From assembly GCA_044226625.1 (NCBI GenBank), contig JBGAGQ010000068.1:1-33678 (forward strand): DNA of 33,678 nt, written 5' to 3'. Below, in pieces: positions 27,509 through 33,678 of this stretch. The position numbers and the translations under genes are program-made. Source of the DNA: Thermoanaerobaculia bacterium (GTDB lineage: Bacteria > Acidobacteriota > Thermoanaerobaculia > Multivoradales > UBA5704). The notes beneath the pieces are model-generated. The model made no database searches. It was not told where the DNA came from and saw only the letters and a program-made list of their open reading frames with translations. Numbering within the stretch: position 1 is the stretch's first letter; each line of letters begins with the position of its first letter.

Positions 27509-29293
27509 TCAGACGAAGATGCGTGGCGGCTCCTGGGTCGAGCGAGCCTTCTCGGACTCGTGGACCTCGCCATCGATCGAGCGATAGGTTCCCTGCCCCA
27601 GGTTCAGGAGCACGCGATTCCTGCCGAGGCGCTTCGCCTCGTAGAGAGCCTCGTCGGCGAAAACCATCAGCTCCGCGGGCGCCTTGACGTGAAGCTCGGG
27701 AAATGCCGCGACGCCGGCGCTCAGCGTGATCGGTACGCGCTTGCCGTCGATCACCAGCTCGATTTCCTCGACCTTCTCCCGCAAGCGCTCGGCGAGCGAC
27801 AGCGCGGTTCCACCGTTGGCCGCTTCGAGCAGGATCGCGAACTCCTCCCCGCCGTAGCGTGCACAGAGGTCGTCCTCGCGGCGGTGCGCGTCGAGCATCG
27901 CGGCGGCCGAGATCAACGCCCGGTCGCCCACGTCGTGGCCATAGGTATCGTTGATCCTCTTGAAGTGATCGAGATCGCACAGGATCACCGCCATCGGCGA
28001 CCCGCCGGTAAGGGCGCGAGCATGCGCCTCCTGGAGCCGGCGTTCGAGGATTCGCCGGACGGCCACCCCGGTGAGAGGATCCGCGCGCGCCTCCCGGTCG
28101 AGCAGCGCGTGCTCGACCGAGGTCGCCATCTGCGGCAGAAGCCGATCGAGCCGCTCGATCGCCGGCGCGTCGACCCGCCGCGGATCACACCAGAGGCGCA
28201 GGTGGACCACCGAGGCGCGCTCGGTCGAAATGCTTCGGTCGACGACTTCCCAGGGGCGCCGTCGATGGAAGCCGAGCAGTGCCGGGGGGTATTCCTCAGG
28301 CTCCGGCGCGCCGTCGAAAATGGCGGCGCCGCCGCGCGGAGCCCACCAGCTCCGCTCCGGCGCGCTCAGCGGGGCGATCTCGAGCTGAAACCAGCCGAAG
28401 TCGAGCACGCGGCCGCATTCGATGGCGATCTGACGCACCACCATCGACAGCTCTCCGGCGCCGAACATGTTCCGGCCGGCAATGCCGATTCGCTCGAGGT
28501 CGTTGGCTCGCTGTTCGTGCCGGTCGGAGGCATGGGCCTGTCGCGCCGCCTCGAGGATCGCGACGGCGAGCAGCAGCAGGATCGCGACCGCCATCGGCCA
28601 GCCGATCGCGAGGCCGATCGCGAGGACGACCGCTCCCCCGATCCAACCGATCGCGTCGAGCGCCAAGGGCTCCAGGATCGGCCGCAGCTCGACCGGTCGA
28701 TCCGGACGCCGCAGCCAGCGATCGAGCGCCTCGAGCGCGAACCAGATCGAGACATAGACGAGAAGACCGGCGAGCACCGCGGCCGCGACCGAGGCCGGGT
28801 CGCCCCAGCTCGGCGGCCGCCGAGACGCCGCAAAGCGAAACGCCGCTCCGGCGGCGAGAACGGCGAGGACGATGCGGCCGGCGCTTTCGAGCGACCGGAT
28901 GGTGCGTCGGCGCTCCACCGTCGTCGACTCCGGACCGGGTGCCCGGCTCGCGAGACGGGCGAGCGATCGGTACGCCCACTCGACCGCGAGGAATGCGGCG
29001 ACCGCGAGCATCGCGACCGAGACCGAACGAGCGCGCAGCAGCAGGAGCGGCAGGGCGAGCGCCCCGAGCCCGAGCGTCCCCGTGCCCGCGAGCGGCCGGT
29101 GCGACGCCGCCAAGGCCAGGGCGAGCGTAGCGAGCAGGAGCTCTCCCCAGCCCGCCGTTCGTGCTCCCCCTCCGGCTATCGCCAGAGCGATCGGCGCGCC
29201 GGCGAGCGACAGCAACGCCGCCCAGACGTCGCGAGGAATCGCGATCGACGGTCGCCCGTGGGCGCGCGGGAGGAGCGGCGGCTGGTCCGGCAT
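27509..29293 (-). CDS. Membrane-anchored diguanylate cyclase (GGDEF)
   Basis: Hydrophobic N-terminal half; DPLTG, CDLDHFKRINDTYGHDVGD, RxxD I-site (REDD), RYGGEEF, ADEALYEAK; start approximate. Confidence 0.92.
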   Translation of the reverse strand: MPDQPPLLPRAHGRPSIAIPRDVWAALLSLAGAPIALAIAGGGARTAGWGELLLATLALALAASHRPLAGTGTLGLGALALPLLLLRARSVSVAMLAVAAFLAVEWAYRSLARLASRAPGPESTTVERRRTIRSLESAGRIVLAVLAAGAAFRFAASRRPPSWGDPASVAAAVLAGLLVYVSIWFALEALDRWLRRPDRPVELRPILEPLALDAIGWIGGAVVLAIGLAIGWPMAVAILLLLAVAILEAARQAHASDRHEQRANDLERIGIAGRNMFGAGELSMVVRQIAIECGRVLDFGWFQLEIAPLSAPERSWWAPRGGAAIFDGAPEPEEYPPALLGFHRRRPWEVVDRSISTERASVVHLRLWCDPRRVDAPAIERLDRLLPQMATSVEHALLDREARADPLTGVAVRRILERRLQEAHARALTGGSPMAVILCDLDHFKRINDTYGHDVGDRALISAAAMLDAHRREDDLCARYGGEEFAILLEAANGGTALSLAERLREKVEEIELVIDGKRVPITLSAGVAAFPELHVKAPAELMVFADEALYEAKRLGRNRVLLNLGQGTYRSIDGEVHESEKARSTQEPPRIFV

Positions 29294-29369
29294 CGGTTGC
29301 GAACGACGAGAGCCGGGCTCGATTCTAGCCCGTGGGGCTGGATATGCTGGCGCCCGGAGGATCCTCGCC

Positions 29370-29741
29370 ATGGAAGTGGTCGATCTCGCCCAGAAGCTCA
29401 GCCGGTTCTCGGATCATTGGCGCCCCCGGATCGTCGGCGAGCTCAACGGCCAGGAGGTCAAGCTGGTCAAATTTCAGGGCGAGTTCGTCTGGCACCACCA
29501 CGACGATGCCGACGAGCTGTTCCTGGTCGTCTCCGGCCGCTTCCGGATGGAGCTGCGCGATCGGACGCTCGATCTCGAAACCGGACAGTTCCTCATCGTG
29601 CCGCGCGGCGTCGAGCATCGGCCCGTCGCCGAGAAGGAGGTCGCGATCCTCCTGTTCGAGCCCGCGGGAGTGGTCAATACAGGCTCGGCCACCGGAGCGG
29701 CCGAAGCCTCCGATTTGACCGCGCCGGAGCAGCGGGCCTGA
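29370..29741 (+). CDS. Cupin domain protein
   Basis: HWRPRIVGELNG, GEFVWHHHDDADELFLV, IVPRGVEHRP; GGAGG SD. Confidence 0.92.
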   Translation: MEVVDLAQKLSRFSDHWRPRIVGELNGQEVKLVKFQGEFVWHHHDDADELFLVVSGRFRMELRDRTLDLETGQFLIVPRGVEHRPVAEKEVAILLFEPAGVVNTGSATGAAEASDLTAPEQRA

Positions 29742-29803
29742 GCGACCTGCCGGCCGGTTCGGGCGCTTCCGGACGCGAGAGTTACCACCGACTTCCACTC
29801 GCG

Positions 29804-31255
29804 ATGGCGTTTGGTGCGGCGTTCCTCGCGATCGCCGCCGCTTGGCTCCAGGTCTCCGGGTTCAACGGGCCCGCCGAGTGGCGATGGGCCTATCGGTCCC
29901 TGGGGCTCGCGCCTTTGCCGGCGTGCGCGGCGCTGCTCGCGGCATCGGTATTGATCCTCCTCCTCCGTTATGGCCCGACGGTGCGCCGAGGCGCCGCGAG
30001 CCTCGCGATCGCCGGATATGCCTTCTCGCTTTCGGTCGTGGCCGCGCAGCCAGCCGGGTTCGAGCGCGTGGTTTCCGTGCTTTCCTCTCGCCACAGCTTC
30101 AGCTATCTGTACGACGCGGCCCTGGCGCCGCCAGCCCCGCTGCTGCTCGCGGACTTCCCCGCCCAAACGGCGAACCTCTCGATGCACAGCCGGACCCATC
30201 CCCCGGGCATCCTGTTGGCGATCCGCGGGCTCGATCGCATCGCGCGGGCGCTCGGTCCGGCAGGTTTGCTCGCCGCCCGGCTCCCCCGCAAAGCCGAAGA
30301 CGCGATGGACGCCGAGATCGCCCGAGCCCGCGAGCGAGGAAAGCCGGCACCCGCTCGGCCCCCGAGCGCGTTCACGGCCGTCTTGCTCGCCTTCCTCCTG
30401 CCGGCCGCGGCCGCGGCAACCGCCCTGCCTCTTCACTCCCTGGCCCTCGTTTGGGGGCTCCGCCCCGACCACGCACGGCTCACCGCTGCTCTCTGGCTCA
30501 CGCTCCCGGCGGCGACGCTGTTCACCCCCTCGATCGATCAGGCGCTGGCCCTAGTCGGCGTCACGGCGGCCGCGTTCGCCGCCGTCGGCGGGGAAGCGAA
30601 TCCAAAGAGAGTGGCCGTCTCCTGTCTTGCAGCTGGATTCGTTTCCGCCTTGGGCTGCCTGGTCTCCTATGGCCTGCTCGTCCTGGTGCCGTTCGTCGCC
30701 TGGATCGCGTTCTCTACACCGAACGACGACGCCTGGCTTTCGGCTCGGCGGCTGTCGCGGCCGGCGATGGTCGCGGCCGGCTTCGCGCTCCCCTGGCTCG
30801 CCCTCATGTTCTTCGGTGCCTACGACCCTTGGAGCGCGTTTCGTACCGCGATCTCGGCCCATCGCGAGATGGCGGTGGCCACCCGTTCGTACGCGACCTG
30901 GCTGGCCGCAAACCCGTACGATTTCGCCCTCTTCACCGGACCGGCGGTCGCCGTGCTCGGCGCCTTCGGTCTCGCCGCGCGCGGAGACAAGGCTCTTCGG
31001 CGCGGCCTGCTCGGCGGCGCCGCGCTCCTCGGCCTTCTTTGGCTCTCGGGCAGCGTGCGCGGCGAGGTCGGCCGGATCTGGCTGTTCGCGATGCCGTTCG
31101 TGGCGCTCGCCGCGGCCGCAGCCGTCCAAGCCCTGTCAGGGGAAAGCACCAGGGCGGAGGCCGACTCCCGACCCGCCCCGATCGCGGGCTTCATCGTCGC
31201 GGCCCAGGCGCTCTCGACCCTCGCGTTCGCCGCGAGCATGATCTTCGTCGACTGA
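29804..31255 (+). CDS. Polytopic membrane protein, probable GT-C-fold glycosyltransferase
   Basis: About 12 TM helices; loop motifs HSRTHPPG, FTPSIDQ and GEVGRIWLF; start approximate. Confidence 0.6.
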   Translation: MAFGAAFLAIAAAWLQVSGFNGPAEWRWAYRSLGLAPLPACAALLAASVLILLLRYGPTVRRGAASLAIAGYAFSLSVVAAQPAGFERVVSVLSSRHSFSYLYDAALAPPAPLLLADFPAQTANLSMHSRTHPPGILLAIRGLDRIARALGPAGLLAARLPRKAEDAMDAEIARARERGKPAPARPPSAFTAVLLAFLLPAAAAATALPLHSLALVWGLRPDHARLTAALWLTLPAATLFTPSIDQALALVGVTAAAFAAVGGEANPKRVAVSCLAAGFVSALGCLVSYGLLVLVPFVAWIAFSTPNDDAWLSARRLSRPAMVAAGFALPWLALMFFGAYDPWSAFRTAISAHREMAVATRSYATWLAANPYDFALFTGPAVAVLGAFGLAARGDKALRRGLLGGAALLGLLWLSGSVRGEVGRIWLFAMPFVALAAAAAVQALSGESTRAEADSRPAPIAGFIVAAQALSTLAFAASMIFVD

Positions 31256-31281
31256 AAATCGATCGATAGGGAGGACGCCCG

Positions 31282-32831
31282 ATGATCGCCATCCTTACCT
31301 CGACCTTGCTCGCCTCGACCCTGGTCGCCGCCGCACCTCCGAGCCAGCCGCCTACGAGTCCCGCTCATGGGGCCGCCGAGGTCGCACGGCATTTTCGAAG
31401 CCGCAACGAGGGGAAGATCGTGCGCGACTTCATCGACCTGTTGTCGATTCCGAACGTGCCGGGCTACCCCGCCGCCCCCGTCGGCCTCGCGAAGAACGCC
31501 GATGAGATCGCCCGCCGGATCGAAAAACGAGGAGTCCGGACCCGCCGGCTCGAGGTTCCCGGCGCGCCGCCCGCCGTCTACGGGGAGCGCGCGACGCCAG
31601 GCGCCACCTCGACCGTCGTCTTCTACGCCCATTACGACGGCCAACCGGTCGATCCCGCACGCTGGACCAACGGCGACCCGTTCCGTCCCTATCTCACCGA
31701 TCGGGCGCTCGCGGACGGCGGGAAACCGATCCCTCTTCCTTCCGACGGCGCGCCGTTTCCCCTCGAGGCCCGCCTCTACGCCCGCTCGGCAGGAGACGAC
31801 AAGGCACCCGTGGTGGCGCTGCTCGCGGCGCTCGACGCCCTCGACGAGGCGGGCATTCGGCCGACCGTGAACCTCAAGTTCTTCTTCGAAGGGGAGGAGG
31901 AGCTCGGCTCGCCCCACCTCGCCCGGATGCTGGCGGAGCATCGCGACCTGCTCGCCGCGGACCTTTGGGTCTTCTGCGACGGCCCGGTCCATCAGAGCCG
32001 AAGGCCGCAGATCGTCTTCGGCGTGCGCGGGATCACGAGCTTCGAGCTCACCGTGTATGGCGCCCGACGCGAGCTGCACAGCGGTCACTACGGCAACTGG
32101 GCGCCGAACCCCGCCTTCGATCTCGCGCGGCTGCTCGCCTCGATGAAGGACGACGACGGCCGCGTCCTGGTCGCCGATTTCGAGCGCGGAATGGAGCCCG
32201 TGGGCGATCTCGAACGCCAGGCGATCGCCGAGGCGCCACCGGTCGACGCCGACCTGAAGCGCGAGCTCTGGATCGACCGGGCGGAGCGGTCGCCCGAGAG
32301 GCTCGAAGAGGCGATCCTGCATCCGTCCCTGAACGTCCGCGGGCTCGCGAGCGCCGCCGTGGGTGCGGCGGCGCGCAACGTCGTCCCGGACCGAGCGACC
32401 GCGGCGATCGACATCCGTCTGGTCAAGGGCTGGATCCGCGGACGATGGTCGATCGAGTGATCGCCCACGTCCGGAAGGAAGGATATTTCGTCACCGAGGA
32501 CGAGCCGACCGAAAGCGAGCGCCTCGCCCACCCGCGGGTCGCGCGGATCGAGCGCGAGCCGGGAGGCTACCGGGCGATCCGGAACGCCCATGGACCTTCC
32601 CGCGGCGCGCCGGGTGGTCGCCGCGCTCGAGGCCGCGCACGGGGATTTGGTCCGATTGCCCACCTTGGGGGAAGCCTGCCGCTCGCCGCGTTCGACGACG
32701 TCCTCGGGGTGCCGCTGCTCATCGTGCCGATCGCCAACCATGACGACAATCAGCACACCCACGACGAAAACCTTCGGCTCGAGAACCTCTGGGACGGAAT
32801 CGAAACCTTCGCCGCGCTCTTTGCGATGTAG
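31282..32831 (+). CDS. Secreted M20/M25/M40 metallopeptidase with three apparent frameshifts (about 32428, 32583, 32670)
   Basis: YAHYDGQP, RSAGDDKAP, EGEEE, HSGHYG; the C-terminal part (DPRTMVDRV.., MDLPAARR..PTLG, GSLP..NHDDNQHTHDENL) is split across frames. Confidence 0.85.
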
Positions 32832-32862
32832 GGCGATGAGCTGCCAGAAGAACGGGGCGATG

Positions 32863-32888
32863 AAAAAGGGCCTCCCGGAGGAGCCCTT
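32863..32888 (-). terminator. Rho-independent terminator-like hairpin
   Basis: Minus strand AAGGGCTCCTCCGGGAGGCCCTTTTT: GC stem followed by a T run, between convergent genes. Confidence 0.6.
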
Positions 32889-32915
32889 CGAGCCGAAGCG
32901 CAGCGGCGCGCGAGC

Positions 32916-33678
32916 TTAGCGGGGCGACACCTTGACCTTCAGGTTCGAGTAGACCCAGCCGAGCGGCGGCGAAGTACGCGCCGTCGGCAATCCCAGTCGT
33001 AGAAATCGAGGATCACCCGTTTGCCCTGGCCGAGGTCGCGCAGGTCGCGGTTGTTGATCTCGCCCGCGAGGGTCTGGACCAGCTGACCGTTCTTGAACAC
33101 GGTGAGCGTCACGCGACGAGCGACCGTGTCGTACCGGAACTTCACGTGGTACTTGTTGCGCTCGCGCCAGGGGCCGGTGTTGCTCTTGATCAGCTCCCCT
33201 TCGCCGGTTCGCGGATCCTTGCCAATGTCGAGGATCGATTTGAATCCGCTGCTGCCGCGAATCAGGAACCCGAGGTAGAGGAGCCGCTGTCGCCGGTCGG
33301 GGTTCGAGCGTTTGAAGCCCATGAGGCCATGGAACAGCGGCGTCCGCCACTTGGCGATCTCGAGGTCGTATTCGATCTCCGCCTCGCCGTACTCGAGGTT
33401 CTCGCGAAGCGGCAGGGTATAGGCCTTGTAGGAGGCGCCCTGCTTGACGCGCAGGAACTCGCCCGGGACCTCCATCGTGAGCGTGCCGTCCGCGGCCACG
33501 TCGGCAGGCGCCACCTCGGCCGCCGCGGCGGAGAGCGCCGACTCGTCCGGTTCGGGATAGGCGTCGCCCTGCGGCAGGTCCGCCGGATCGTCGGCCAGGC
33601 TGGTGATCGAGGGCGCACGCCCCACGGTCGCCGAAGGAGTGACGACCTCCAGCTCGGCCGTACCGGGCTTCTGGATCC
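32916..33678 (-). CDS. 5'-truncated hypothetical protein with beta-rich C-terminal domain and probable frameshift near 32970-33000
   Basis: Frame open to the window edge (IQKPGTAELEVV..); the plausible C-terminus PPLGWVYSNLKVKVSPR is in a different frame from the main ORF. Confidence 0.6.
   Translation of the reverse strand, partial: DPEARYGRAGGRHSFGDRGACALDHQPGRRSGGPAAGRRLSRTGRVGALRRGGRGGACRRGRGRHAHDGGPGRVPARQAGRLLQGLYPAASREPRVRRGGDRIRPRDRQVADAAVPWPHGLQTLEPRPATAAPLPRVPDSRQQRIQIDPRHWQGSANRRRGADQEQHRPLARAQQVPREVPVRHGRSSRDAHRVQERSAGPDPRGRDQQPRPARPRPGQTGDPRFLRLGLPTARTSPPLGWVYSNLKVKVSPR

Noticed and set aside
27560-29803. N-terminal part of the 1231-aa ORF
   Set aside because: Antisense to the GGDEF gene and out of frame over the cupin; only the part from about 29804 looks like a real membrane protein

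Overview
A GC-rich, gene-dense 33.7 kb bacterial fragment with about 29 protein-coding loci. I found no rRNA, tRNA, CRISPR array, integrase or transposase. Two Oar-like TonB-dependent receptors with carboxypeptidase-regulatory-like N-termini, plus several secreted repeat proteins, suggest Acidobacteriota (inference only). In order, the window holds: TonB receptor-LytS kinase-YcaQ-like glycosylase; a minus-strand run of adenosine deaminase, a stop-interrupted BrnT toxin, an antitoxin and an arylamine N-acetyltransferase; speA-cysteine dioxygenase-sulfite oxidase-apaG; an MgtC/DUF4010 protein; an APC permease and an NHL-repeat protein; an ECF sigma factor divergent from DoxX-like and Cys-rich secreted genes; an M23 peptidase; a minus-strand operon of leader ORF, TonB receptor, ABC ATPase, ABC permease and secreted protein; a secreted repeat protein; a GGDEF protein; a cupin; a GT-C-like membrane protein; a frameshifted M20 peptidase; and a truncated gene. 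The best candidate for an undescribed system is at 25196-26072. A secreted 241-aa leader protein ends in a Pro/Arg-rich tail (PRPRPLRI-stop), and its last codons can pair over 19 bp with the Shine-Dalgarno region and ATG of the downstream TonB receptor, in competition with local hairpins. This resembles SecM/VemP/CruR-type ribosome-arrest control but has no RAPP motif. All functional calls come from recognising motifs by eye; no searches were run.
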